DNA of 64,000 bases from an uncultured Bacteroidales bacterium (GCA_963708435.1 CAVPSZ010000023.1:72765-136764); one strand, 5' to 3'; shown: positions 51,883 to 63,624, counted from the stretch's first letter. Notes: generated by a model from the letters alone, not told the origin. Numbers and translations: made by a program.

Positions 51883-52046
51883 GAGATTCTGCGCCAGCGC
51901 ATTCCCGGCCATAACCAGCATCAGCAACATCAGCAGCAAAAAGCCTGATGGTGCGGGCAATGGTCTATGGTTCTTCCAATTATTTATCATAACTATATCT
52001 TTTTTTATAATTAACTTCAAAGGCAACTCCTTCGAAGTGAAAACGA

Positions 52047-53030
52047 TTAGTTATGTGACTTGGCCTTTAAGTTTACATCGAGGGTATTGGAAGGTAACGA
52101 TTGGGCATCCAGATCGTAAATAGCCGGGATTGGAGGCATACCGCTGAGTTTATAAGGATAATCACCGCCATACATACCGATATCTACACCTTCTTCACCT
52201 GCTCCGATTGCCGGTGATCCGGATTTTAAGTTTCCATTGTCCGTCGGTGCTGTTGCCGGTTAATCCAACAAACAATGCACTCGCAGGAACATTCTGCTGG
52301 TTGCCATTCAAAGTACCAAATTGGGTGGAGTTCCCAATGTTGTAGGTTGCGATGCAATTGCTTAAAGTTACAGAAGATAGAGCTATGTTGTTGACAAGTG
52401 TAGAATTATAAATGCCAATGGGATAACCAAAAATATTATTTGATAAAAAATCCGCTGAAAGTTGCGCTAGTGCTTACAGAACCGGCAAAATAATTATTCG
52501 AAACAAGGATATTTGAATGTGTATAACCAAAATTTAGGCAATATCCTGATATATCCAAAATAATTATTTCGTATTATAATATTCGAACAGTTACCTTGCG
52601 GATAAATTGAATAAGTTGAATAAAAGTAGTTTCTTTCGATGGTAATATTATTTACATTAACATAGATTGAATATAAGAAAGTACATCCGATAAATTTTGA
52701 CCCTTCACTGCCTGCTGAGCAATATACATAAGAATCAAAAGGACTTATATTTTTGTAGTACTGGGTCTCAGGATTCTCAGTTAAAAAATAGCCAGTTCCT
52801 ATGATAGTAAGTTTTTTTGACAGGCTCAACCCACCTACAGCAAGGGTAGAACCTTCAAGATACAACGTATCGTTGTTTAAAGTAGTAGCCGCATTATGCG
52901 CAGCCTGTGCAGTTGAATAATGCGCACTGGAATTTGGTGTTGGGTTCACCCGCCAAACTTTGGCAGAAACGTTAACACTGGCAACAATCAATGTTGCAAT
53001 CATCATCGAAGTAAAAGTTTTTGTTCTCAT
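52047..53030 (-). pseudogene. secreted beta-helix-like protein, frameshifted
   Basis: 52494-53030 has a signal peptide (MMIATLIVASVNVSA) and parallel beta-helix-like N-rich turns. Downstream frames (own translation) continue ...NVPASALFVGLTGNSTDGQWKLKSGSPAIGAGEEGVDIGMYGGDYPYKLSGMPPIPAIYDLDAQSLPSNTLDVNLKAKSHN*, with a stop at 52047-52049. There are at least 2 frame breaks. Confidence 0.55.
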
Positions 53031-53320
53031 AATGTTAATTTTAAAGTTGTTAAATAATATTTTTTATTGTTTTAATTCAATTCATTATCCCAAAAAGACA
53101 ACCCGGCAAATTTATCGGGCAGAATAGAATTACACAATACTACTTTAATGTGATTTTTTGAAGTATCAATTGTTTTGTGATACAAGATTAACTGGCTTTT
53201 TTGTGAAGGGAAAAACAGGCATGCAGGGAGAATATCCCGGTAGTTTGAGTTTAAGAGAAGTTGATCAGTAATGATTATGAGTTTGGTAGAATTTACTATT
53301 TATGCTGACTTCTATTTAAT

Positions 53321-53556
53321 AACTGATGTTACGCAAGCATATTTTTATTTGAGTTAATTTGAGATTCCTCATTTCGCTTTGCTTCATTCGGAATGACAGG
53401 TTTTGTATATAGTTATGGGTGGTCGCTGTGCCACGAGGCCTCGTGGCACAGCGACCACCCTAAAAAAACCCAACACCATGTCATTCCGATCCGCCAGCCG
53501 GCGGAGAGGAATCTCCATTTTATCACCTAAATTTATGTTCTTGCGTAACATCAGTT
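53321..53556. repeat. 236-bp nested inverted-repeat element with a perfect 44-bp central palindrome
   Basis: Outer arms AACTGATGTTACGCAAG (53321-53337) / CTTGCGTAACATCAGTT (53540-53556). Middle arms GAGATTCCTC...TTCGGAATGAC (53361-53397) / GTCATTCCGA...GAGGAATCTC (53480-53515). Core GGGTGGTCGCTGTGCCACGAGG|CCTCGTGGCACAGCGACCACCC (53417-53460). Confidence 0.85.
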
Positions 53557-53698
53557 AATGATTCCTTTTTACAACAAATAATAGGTAATGAAATCTTGTT
53601 ATTTCCATGTTATATGGAGTATAACAGAAATATAACATAACGAAATTGCTGACATTAAATCAGTGAGAATATAATTTTGAGAAACAAAATTATTTAGG

Positions 53699-53830
53699 CG
53701 AACTACTGCCCTAACGGTCAGGCGGGGATTAAGAGCGGAGTCGAGTGATCATACGGGTTATATTCTCCTTCATTTGTGGTGAATATAATATTAAGTTCCG
53801 CCAAGATACCCCGTCCGTTGGCGGACGAGG
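53699..53830. repeat. GC-rich hairpin repeat (REP-like), copy 2, split by a ~72-bp insert
   Basis: CGAACTACTGCCCTAACGGTCAGG (53699-53722) and GTTCCGCCAAGATACCCCGTCCGTTGGCGGACGAGG (53795-53830) match the reverse complement of 6089-6163. Confidence 0.6.
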
Positions 53831-53980
53831 TATTTAATTGGCAATCTGCTTTAATAAGTTTCAGTTACAGCTGTGCTTTCGTTATTTTACCATTTAAAAA
53901 ATAACTGCCAGGTCGATTAATTCCTTACGAAGCAGAATAGTGGAGCCCGTACTTCAAAACAGATCATTCAATACCTGGCG

Positions 53981-56900
53981 TTAGGGTATTTGAATACCCA
54001 AGCCTTCATAAAGAATCCAAAGTTCATTTTTATCCTTGTTATCCACCTGTCCATCGAGGTTAAAATCACTTTCGAGATAACCTGTTTTTCCCGCCTGGAT
54101 CATCCACCTAACGGTTTTGTCAGAACTGTTTATTTGACCATCCGGCAAGGCATCGCCCGGGATCATTCCATAAATGCCGGGTGCAATTTCGGTCTGAGCA
54201 TCTGTGCCATAAGCCTGGCTTGGTCCGGAAGTAAAATCGTAGGCAAAGGTATCATTGCCGTTGAAAATCATCGGGCTTGCCGACATAATCCCGAGGTGAT
54301 TCCTGTGCCAGACAATAACATACAATTGGTGAACAGGAGAATAGTTGAATAGCAGGAGGGAAGAACCGTCCAATCCGACCACTTTTCCGTTACTCAGAAG
54401 AAAGGCCGCCTTTTTTGCAACAGTAGTTGCACTGGTTGCCGTTTCGGGCCCACCGGGAGTTTCACGAAGCTCAATCACCACCCAGTCAACAATATTGGGT
54501 TGTGGGATCAAGGTTACGGATTCAGTTCCCGGGTAATGCCAGATAGCAGCAGGATTATTATAGGGTTGCTGGAGTGGTAAATAGTTCATTAAGTTGAGGC
54601 TTGTATTCATAATTACCGGACCGGAGGCTGGTTTATAATCTCCGCCAAGAATTACATCCAGATCAACCTTAAAGCTGGAAAGGACAATGCTGACTTTATA
54701 ATCTTCTACTTCGCCATTGATTACAAGTCCATTAAAACTGATCGTCCCGCTATAATCCCTGAACCTGAAACGGGCATAGGAAGTTCCAACAGAAGCTGTA
54801 CCCGGAACATTAAAGGATAAATTATTAGCACCTGCAACAAGGGGAGTACTGGTGAAAATATGTTCACTCGCATCAGCCCAGTCATTGTCGAGGTTGAAAT
54901 CCATCCATGCATCGAGGTAACCATTTACTGAAGCATTTACGGTTATAGAAACCAAAGAACCTTTCTGAACCGAAGCTGGAATAGTTACCCCATCCTCATC
55001 ATCCCCAAAGGAGGGATAAATGCAATCCGAGTCATCACAATTGGCATTTGCACCGGGTTGTCCGTCGGGTTCGGGATCAACCTGACTCCCTAAGAAAATA
55101 CCGGGGACATAAGTGTGGCGGGCGCCATTGAAAGCGAGTAGTTGTTGGATATTTTCCAGTAGCATTTTCAGGTGCATCTCCAAAATCGTATTCAGGATCA
55201 GCTTCCTGGATGAAAACTGTATAATCTTCCACTTCGCCATTCGCAACCAAGCCCGTTGAAACTGATGTTTCCACTGGCAGTGCGGAATCTGAAACGAACA
55301 TAGGATTGTCCGACTGAAGCATTTGCCGGAATCGTCAATGAAAGGATGTTTGATCCTGCAGTCAAGGCTGTATTGGTAAAAATATGTTCTCCGGCCTCGG
55401 CCCAACTTCCATTTAAGTTAAAATCCATCCATGCATCGAGGATTCCACTGACCGAAGCGGTAACAGTAATTGAAACATTCGTTCCCTTAGTAACGGAAGA
55501 CGGAAGAATAACCCCATCCTCATCATCACCCAGTGAAGGGGCCAGACAATCGTTGTCATCGCAGTTGGCTGACGCGTTAGGCTGTCCATTGGTTTCCGGA
55601 TCAACTTTGCTTCCAAGGAAAATACCGGCAACGATGGTATGTCGTGCGCCATTGTTAGCCAACAGAGTAGGATAAGAAGGATCAGGAGCATCGCCAAAAT
55701 CAATATTTCCCGGAGAGGAGGCTGTGATGTTTACTTTATAATCTTCCACCTCACCATTGAGTACAAGTCCGTTATAACTTATTGCTCCGCTATAATCCCT
55801 GAACCTGAAACGGGCATAGGAAGTTCCGGTAGAAGCTGTGCCCGGAACATTAAATGATAAATTATTTGCCCCTGCAACAAGCGGAGTACTTGTGAAAATA
55901 TGTTCACCTGCATCAGCCCAATCCTGATCAAGATTGAAGTCCATCCATGCATCAAGGTACCCATTTACAGATGCAACAACCGTTATTGAAACCGAAGAAC
56001 CTTTTGCAACCGAAGCAGGAATCGTAACTCCATCTTCATCATCACCAAAGGAAGGATGAATACAATCCGAATCATCGCAATCGGCATTAGCACCGGGTTG
56101 TCCGTCTGGTTCGGGATCAACCAAACTTCCGAGAAAAATACCAGGAACAAAAGTGTGACGTGCTCCATTGAATGCAAGGGTTGTCGGATAATTTCCGGAA
56201 GCATTTTCAGGAGCATCCCCAAAGTCGTATTCCGGATCAGCTTCCTGGATGAAAACCGTATAATCTTCCACTTCCCCATTCGCAACAAGTCCGTTGAAAC
56301 TGATGTTTCCATTGGCAGTGCGGAACCTGAAACGAACATAGGATTGTCCGACTGTGGCATTTGCCGGAACTGTAAATGTAAGGATATTTGAACCTGCCAG
56401 ACAAAGAATGAATTGGTGAAAATATGTTCTCCGGCGTCGGCCCAACTTCCATTCAGGTTAAAATCCATCCATGCATCGAGGAATCCACTGACTGAAGCAG
56501 TAACAGTAATTGAAACATTCGTTCCCTTAGTAACCGAAGACGGAAGAATAACCCCATCCTCATCATCACCCAAAGAAGGAGCCAAACAATCGTTGTCATC
56601 GCAGTTGGCTGAGACGTTAGGTTGTCCGTTGGTTTCAGGATCAACTTTACTTCCAAGGAAAATACCTGAAACGATGGTATGCCTTGCACCATTGTTAGCC
56701 AAGAGAGTAGGATAAGAAGGATCAGGAGCATCGCCAAAATCAAGATTTCCCGGAGAGGAAGCTGTGATGTTTACTTTATAATCTTCCACTTCTCCATTCA
56801 ATACAAGTCCATCGTAACTGATGGTTCCGCTATAATCACGGAACCTGAAACGGGCATAGGAAGTTCCGGTGGAAGCTGTGCCCGGAACATTAAATGATAA

Positions 56901-57349
56901 ATTATTTGACTCCGGCAACAAGCGGAGTACTTGTGAAAATATGTTCACCGGCATCAGCCCAGTCCTGATCAAGGTTAAAGTCCATCCATGCATCAAGGTA
57001 ACCCATTTACAGAAGCAACAACAGTAATTGAAACTGTAGAGCCTTTTGAAACCGAAGCAGGAATTGTTACTCCATCTTCATCATCACCAAAGGAAGGATG
57101 AATGCAATCCGTATCATCACAATCAGCATTGATACCGGGTTGTCCGTCGGGTTCAGGGTCAACCATATTTCCCAGATAAATTCCCGGAAGAATGATATGC
57201 CTTGCACCATTGAAAGCTTGGGTTGTTGGATATTTACCTGCCGGGTTTTCAGGCGCATCGCCATAATCTTCCTCTTCAAGCTCAGGCAAAGGAACCTCGG
57301 CAGGAACCTGATCTAGCAAATCCGATTCCCAATCAGATAGCCGGTTCAT
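53981..57349 (-). pseudogene. GEVED-domain repeat protein B (~1120 aa) with HRNHL C-terminal module, at least 4 frame breaks, no detectable signal peptide
   Basis: Collinear fragments 56993-57349, 55983-56996, 55198-56445 and 53981-55405. Five ~173-aa domains each start (D/Y)(F/Y)GDAP(E/D) and end NGEVEDY(K/T)V. The C-terminal 230 aa is homologous to the end of gene A. Confidence 0.75.
54698..57268 (-). repeat. five tandem GEVED domains in alternating b-a-b-a-b subtypes (about 1040-bp super-repeat)
   Basis: Subtype b: ...NGARH..PGI.LG..VDPEPDGQPG.NA.CDD.DCI.PSFGDDEDGVTIPASV. Subtype a: PSYPTLLANNGARHTIV.GIFLGSKVDPETNGQPN.SANCDDNDCLAPSLGDDEDGVILPSSV. The antisense ORFs at 55346-55675 and 56413-56715 are near-identical with a 1040-bp offset. 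Confidence 0.8.
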
Positions 57350-57533
57350 GACTGTTGTAAATTTATCAGTGTTTTCATTTTTTCCATCCCTGTTGAAATT
57401 TACTGCCCAGAGAGGAAATGATGCTAAACGCCATCGACGGCGCTTAGCATCAGATATTTAATTTTATTTTTCACAACTGCTCCGATTTATTTGATGAAAA
57501 TTCATTTTTAAACTATCTGTTTGTATAAGGCAA

Positions 57534-60500
57534 TTAGTCTTTCATTTTAACCATTTTGCCTTGCTCGATAATTCCTGAGCTCGCATCAGTCAGCGTGATA
57601 AAGTAGAATCCATTCCTCAGATTGACGAATATCCAGTTCAATTCCGCCTGTGACGAAGTTGACAGTGTAATCTGTCACCAGTTTTCCACTAACATCAAAC
57701 AATTCAATCTTGCAGTTTTCACCATTGTTATGAACCAATTCGACATAGACCTTATCAAAAGCAGGGTTGGGGTAAATGTTCAAGTAAGTCGATTCACTCT
57801 CAATGCGTTTGATATTGTCACTCTGGATGACTTCTGGTGAGCTGATTTCCTCGACCTGGTAATCGTTATATGTCGGGGTATTATTCAGCAATGAAACCGC
57901 ATAATTGGAATTATAAGATTTCTTGTCTATGATCATTTCAAGCTGGGCCTCATCAGATGATGTTAAAGCCTCAGAGCCATTGATGGCCATTGACAGATCG
58001 ATGGTCAGAAGGGCTTTTAAATCAGCCTCATCCTGGTTTCCGGGAATGAAGTTATTCAATACTAAACCAGCGTTGACGAAATCAGAATTCCTGTAGTAAA
58101 ATCCATACTTCAGTAAAGCTTTTTCGTTTTCAGTCAATGAAGAATTGTCCAGAATGTATTGAGTAGTTCAGCATCAGCATTTTCATAGGAAGCCAGTATC
58201 ATATTGGCAAGGTTGAACTGATCTTCTGATCCGATAAGGATTTCGAGATAGTTTCCGGAAAGGTTATAGGTTCCGCCGGTACCTGATAAAGGATCCTGAA
58301 TTTGCTTATAATGGTCACAGGTATAGGAAATGTTCAGATTTCCCTGTGAAGGCATGTTGAAAATCTGGTGGCCACATGATGCGGTGGAGTGGTATGGCCT
58401 GTTGCTTGTAATTTGAACCTGAGGCCATGAAATATTGAACATCCCGAAGTTGTCAGCAACCGTAATTGAAGTATTGCTATTGATATCAACGGCTGAGTTG
58501 TAATTGCTCCATAGGGTATTAAGACCGGGACTGCTCAGTGTTCCAATATTCCCGGAGTGACCCTGAACATTGATACCGACATTGTTATAATTATAGAGGA
58601 AATTGTTCCTGATTAACGGCAACGGGGTATTTCCGATGAAAGATTTGAAATCCATCGAAGTATAGCTATCGGTCACACAATTGCTCGAAACCTCGCTTAC
58701 AGCTGAGTTAAATTCACACCAAAAATACCACGGGTGTTGTTATAATTGCGCATCTTGATCATATTGCAGGTGATAAAGGTGCGGTCGTTTTTACCCGGGC
58801 TGGAGAAGTAAATTCCGTTATATCGCAGTCATTGATCTGGTTGTTGCTGATCTGGAAATTTTGCGAATTTACTCCGATGATTCCATACCTGAAGCCATCA
58901 ATCTCATTATTAACTATACTAACGTTCTTTGATTTGCTTGCATAAATAGCAGAGAAACTGTTATACTGATTGGTGTTGTTCGAGATTTTATTATTGTTAA
59001 TCTCAATCACCGGGCCAGCCGTATTAAGAACGTAAATGGTTGATGGTGAGAATAACGCTGGTTCATTCACTGAAATTTTATTATTCTCAACATTGGTCGG
59101 GAATGAAGCCGATTCGATCAATACAGAATAAGACATATCTGTAAATACATTTTCCGAGATCAGCGACCCGCCATTAAACTGGAAGATGCCATAAGTCCTC
59201 GGGAATGTTGCCCCCCAGGTATTGATAAATTCATTCTGCGATGCCTGCTCAGTAAGTCGTGAAGCATTTGTGGTATAGATGCCATAAGTCGCCTGGTTCG
59301 TGACAAATGGATACACAGAAATGCAATCCCATGACGGGAAGAACTGCTCTGTTACAAAGTGGTTATCGCTGATCGGGTGATTGAAATTATTATTGTTTTC
59401 AACCCTGACTCCATAATTACAGTTCGAGAACAGGTTGCCTGAAACCACACCATCTGATCCTTCCTGGAAATATAGAGCTACTTCAGCATTTTTAAAAGTA
59501 GAGGTCGTTAATGATATTATCGAATTCACCGGGACCGAATGAAGCTTAACCCTTTCCATGTTTTATCAATGTTACATGGTCTGAACACGGAGTTGGTTGC
59601 ACGCAAATAAGCGCTGTCCTGGAACACAATTCCAGCACATTCACCAAACACCACATCTACCGTAGTAATGTCGAGGACTGCTCCATTATTGACGGTTACA
59701 ATCACATTATCGTCAATATAGTATTTACCATCCCAAACCACATCTGAGCTGTAAGTTATTGGCGCAAGTATCTTCACAAAAAGCGAATCCGCATAAGCAA
59801 AACAGCACAAACCATTATCTCCGATCATAAATGGTGGAATACCTCCTGGATAATTAACCACTCCATTTACAATTGCATTCGGAATGAAAATCCCATTGCT
59901 TGCCACCAGGTTATAAGTTTCCTGGTTATTTATACAAAAAGTTAATGTGTCGGTGCAATTCACCATATCAAAATGATAGAAATCCATTTCGTTGGCTGTA
60001 TTTACCAGGTTAAAGGAAATTGTCGAATCACATCCGCAGGGAGTTTCAGCCGAAACGATGATGGTAACTGTGGTATCAACAGAGAGACAGAATGCGCCGA
60101 TAGAATCAACACAACCAAAACTGTTTTGTACTCTCGACTGAAATCTGGTAATTGCCAGTAAGTGCAGGACTATAAGCCAGGTTTTCACCTGATCCTACAA
60201 AGTTTCCATTGGAATACCAGTTAATAAACGGATAAGCCGAAGGATAGGTATTCAATGGCGGCTGCCAGTTAAGTGCCAATGGAATGTAGATATTAAAAGT
60301 ATCAAGCAGGCAGATGTTATCACAACCAGTCGGGAAGAGACTCAGATCAGGTTTTGCATGGATGAAGCCAGCATTGGCCGTTGCAAAACAGCCATTCGAC
60401 TTATTGGTGACCGTGACACTGTAGAACCCGGGGCTCGAAGCAATGATGGAAGGTGTCGTGGCGCCATTGCTCCAGAGATAACTAAACAATGTAGGATTGT

Positions 60501-63500
60501 TTGGAGTGACATTCAGTGGCACCGATGTACCTTCACAGGCGTTCAGGAAGGTTACATTTGGAATGGGCTCCCTATAGAACGCTACACATATCGTATCGGC
60601 GTTCTGACAACCTGTAATGGTGTCGGTTACATTGACAATGAATTCATAAATGACCGGGAGAACAAGTGGCAAGGTTACTGTTGCCAGCGTAAAGAAATTA
60701 TTTGTAGGGCTGAACGTTGCTCCCGGAGGATTGCTGCTCCAGCTATAGATATAGTTGGTATTGAATACGGTTGCCAGGTTCACTCCTACGCTAGCATTCG
60801 GCTGCGCGCAATAGCGTCTGGTTCCGGTGATCTTAGCAACAGGAAGCGAATTCATATAAATATAAAGGCTGTCGGAATTGTTGTAACAACCAAAAGTATT
60901 ACTCATTTCAACCCAGTATTCGCCATGCTCTTTAACATAGTGGGTCATTCCGTTTGCTCCACTGATTGGATTTCCGTTTTTATACCACTGGTAAGTTGAC
61001 ATTCCGTTGCAGGCAGAAAGCGGCAACGAATCGCCGGGACAGAAAATGGTATCTGGATACATCAGGTTGCAACTTGGCAGAGGATTAATGGTAACGGGTT
61101 TAATAGTATCAATATCGAGGCAATAGGGGCTAAAGGAAGCGCGTAAGATAAACATTATAGATGCCGGGATTCGGATAAATATGCTGGGTTGGTGTGTTGA
61201 AATGAAGTTGTAAAATCCCCAAAATCCCAGGCATAAGAATAAGTCCCGGATTGAAAGGCACTGCCCAGAAGTTCATCTGCTGATTTGCACACGCTGGATT
61301 CGGATTCCAGTTAAAATCAAGGATGGAATCACATATAAATGGAGGAAGTTGTCCACCTGTTCCGCAAGTACCAATCCGGATCATAATATTACTTGTTACG
61401 CTGCAAAGTCCATTGGAAACTTCAACAGAGAAGAATATAAGTACCTCCACCCGTAAATGTTCCATTGGGGATTGAATAAGTATTATTGGTTTGTCCGAAA
61501 AGTATTCCGTTATGATACCATTGATAAGTACTATAAATATTTGGAACGCTTAAGATGAGATTGTTTGGTAAACTAGGCAGGCAATATTCTGTTAGGCCAT
61601 TTATAGAGATAACAGGTTTTACCGGTGGATTAAGAATGTTGACGATTGATTTGATCCGATCCGGAACAAGTACTCACTGTTAGGGTTGCTGATCCTGGTG
61701 GTCCATGCCACAAAACCTGAACGGAATTACTACCCTGTCCTGATTGGATGGTTCCCTGTCTGGCAGGAGAAATTGTCCACTGGAAATTGCCGGACAAATT
61801 GGATCCGCCGGCAGTATATCCTTCCACATCATCCACACAAACATTGGTTTGCCCTGTGATATTCGGTGCAAGGAATGGGTAAATATTTTTCACCATGGTC
61901 AGGGACTGGCAAAATACCCCCGGATTGATTTCTATTTCCTGGTAAACGCTGAGTTGCCAGGGGCCTGCCAGGGGAGTAGTTAAATTTCACAACGATGGAA
62001 TCTTTATCGGCTCCCATATATGATAAAATTTGTCCGGTTCCTCCCGTTATCTGCCACATAAATGGTGATCCGCTGGTATTGGAAGAAATGCTGTAGGTTA
62101 AATTTTTGCCCGGACAGATACTATCCGGTCCGATGATATTGTTCAGGATTGGCATGGCAATTACATCCACCTTCATCACAGCAGTATCATTACAGAAAGC
62201 CGAAGCATTGATCGGAGCAGCTTTCAGGTAATAGGTACCTGGAGTTGTCCAGGTAACAGTCACCGGATTACCAGGTGTTCCTCCAATGATGGGTCCGGGA
62301 GGGGTCACTACCCAATTGGCTGGTCCGAAAATGCCATTGTAGGAAATTGTGCTCATTTCGCAAACTTTATTGTCTCCAAAAATGGAATAGACCGGTTTAA
62401 CATCCACCTGGATAGAATCAACACCGCTGCAACCGGCTAAAGGATTGTTATAATCACACCTTACCCAATAAGTGCCCTGTGTATTGAAGGTGATATTTAC
62501 ACTTGGAGAATTTCTGTCAACCTGATTAAAGGTATAAAAACCGCCATTCACCGTCCATGTATAATAGGTTCCGGGAAGGGTTGGCAAGGTATAAGTTCCT
62601 GAAGCGCCAACGCAAAGTGTGGTTGGTCCGACAATCGGCAGGTTAGGATATAAAACAGGAACATCAATGGTTGTTGTTCCGATACATGGGGCTGAACCGC
62701 AACCGGGAACAGTTAAGCTTACGGTTGTCGGTCCGGTATAGGTTGCATTCCATTTGACCTGGATGCAACTGGAATTTGGAGGGGAAATAATGGTGCCATT
62801 GGTTACTACCCAATTATATGTGGTGCAAACCTGGGGTGTGCAAAGTGTGGTCGTATCACCGGGACAAACTGTACCAAAGCAGCAATCTTTTTCAATGATT
62901 GGTCCCTGGCCTGGCAATACTACAATTTGTTTGTGAAATTGTATCGCTGCAACCGCAGGGAACTAGTGTTTCTCTTGGCGGCTGTCCGCTGACAACCCAT
63001 ACTGCCCGGCTCCCATATCGGTAACTTTAAGTATAACCGTATAAGTCCCGGGAAACTGTAAGAATGTAGCTGGAGGATTGGCAGGTGAAGTAGGAAAAGT
63101 GGTTCCATCTCCAAAATCCCAGAAATAGTGGCTTCCGCCCAATGAGGTATTGGTAAAAGTAACAGGTGTGTTCTGGCAAACTGTGTCGGGTGGCAAAGTG
63201 AATCGGCCTGGGGTCCATCAATCAGGCAAATTTGCATGAAAACCGAATCAACACATGTGCCACCAGAAGGAATATTGCTGATGACTACTTTAATAAATCC
63301 GGTACTCCCGCTTCCCCATTGAATTACATTGGGATTGCCAGTAATGCTTGCAGGTGTTCCGCCTGTAACCGTCCATGTATAGGTATACATCGGGATCATT
63401 GGGATAAACCGTGTATTCGTGATAGCTTAACTTACATGCAGCTGCTGCATGCCCCCCGACAGCGCCATCGCTTCCGCAGGCACCCTGGGGCGGGCAAATC

Positions 63501-63624
63501 TCAACGGCATCTTTCAGAACGAATTCAGGACAGCAGGACTGAGCGACTAAATCATTTGATTTCGTTACAATGGATGCAATCCAAAAAAAGCAAGAACGAC
63601 AAATACTTTTTTAACATTTGCCAT
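57534..63624 (-). pseudogene. giant (~2030 aa) surface protein C with PKD/Ig-like repeats, beta-helix region and T9SS C-terminal domain, at least 9 frame breaks
   Basis: The start ATG at 63624 gives MANVKKVFVVLAFF, then a frameshift in a T7 run. Collinear fragments: 62920-63399, 62963-63196 (PKD: FTNTSLGGSHYFWDFGDGT), 61829-62917, 61630-61896, 61130-61465, 60106-61155, 59526-60188, 58759-59559 (PbH1-like NN.ISNN turns), 58134-58676 and 57586-58137. The tail YLNIYPNPAFDKVYVEL...continues after a shift as NLRNGFYFITLTDASSGIIEQGKMVKMKD*, with a stop at 57534-57536. Confidence 0.7.

Larger units (their letters stand above)
44067..52026 (-). pseudogene. giant (~2650 aa) repeat-rich surface protein A, interrupted by at least 7 frame breaks
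   Basis: Collinear minus-strand fragments 49423-52026, 48969-49481, 47780-49045, 46990-47826, 44712-46928, 44377-44607 and 44141-44371. The last frame ends at the TGA at 44067-44069 (own translation ...DYDLNGQVQNQDKNDTWKSNTGKTSTLP*). Content in order: signal peptide (LLLMLLMLVMAGNALAQ), 6 EYFxDTDPGxGxG repeats, a PKD domain, an FN3-like domain (W.IEYGPTGF), about 16.5 copies of a 70-aa repeat, a second FN3-like domain, and the HRNHL C-terminal module. Confidence 0.75.

Noticed and set aside
45600-57268. Diversity-generating retroelement or cassette-based antigenic variation driving the variable repeats.
   Set aside because: The window contains no reverse transcriptase, template repeat, invertase or recombinase. 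Variation between repeat copies is spread over all positions rather than being adenine-specific.
57418-57452. Hairpin GATGCTAAACGCC-N6-GGCGCTTAGCATC between genes C and B as a terminator.
   Set aside because: The stem is convincing (13 bp with one mismatch), but it is not followed by a T tract on the minus strand. I list it here rather than as a terminator. It could still be a processing or REP-like site.
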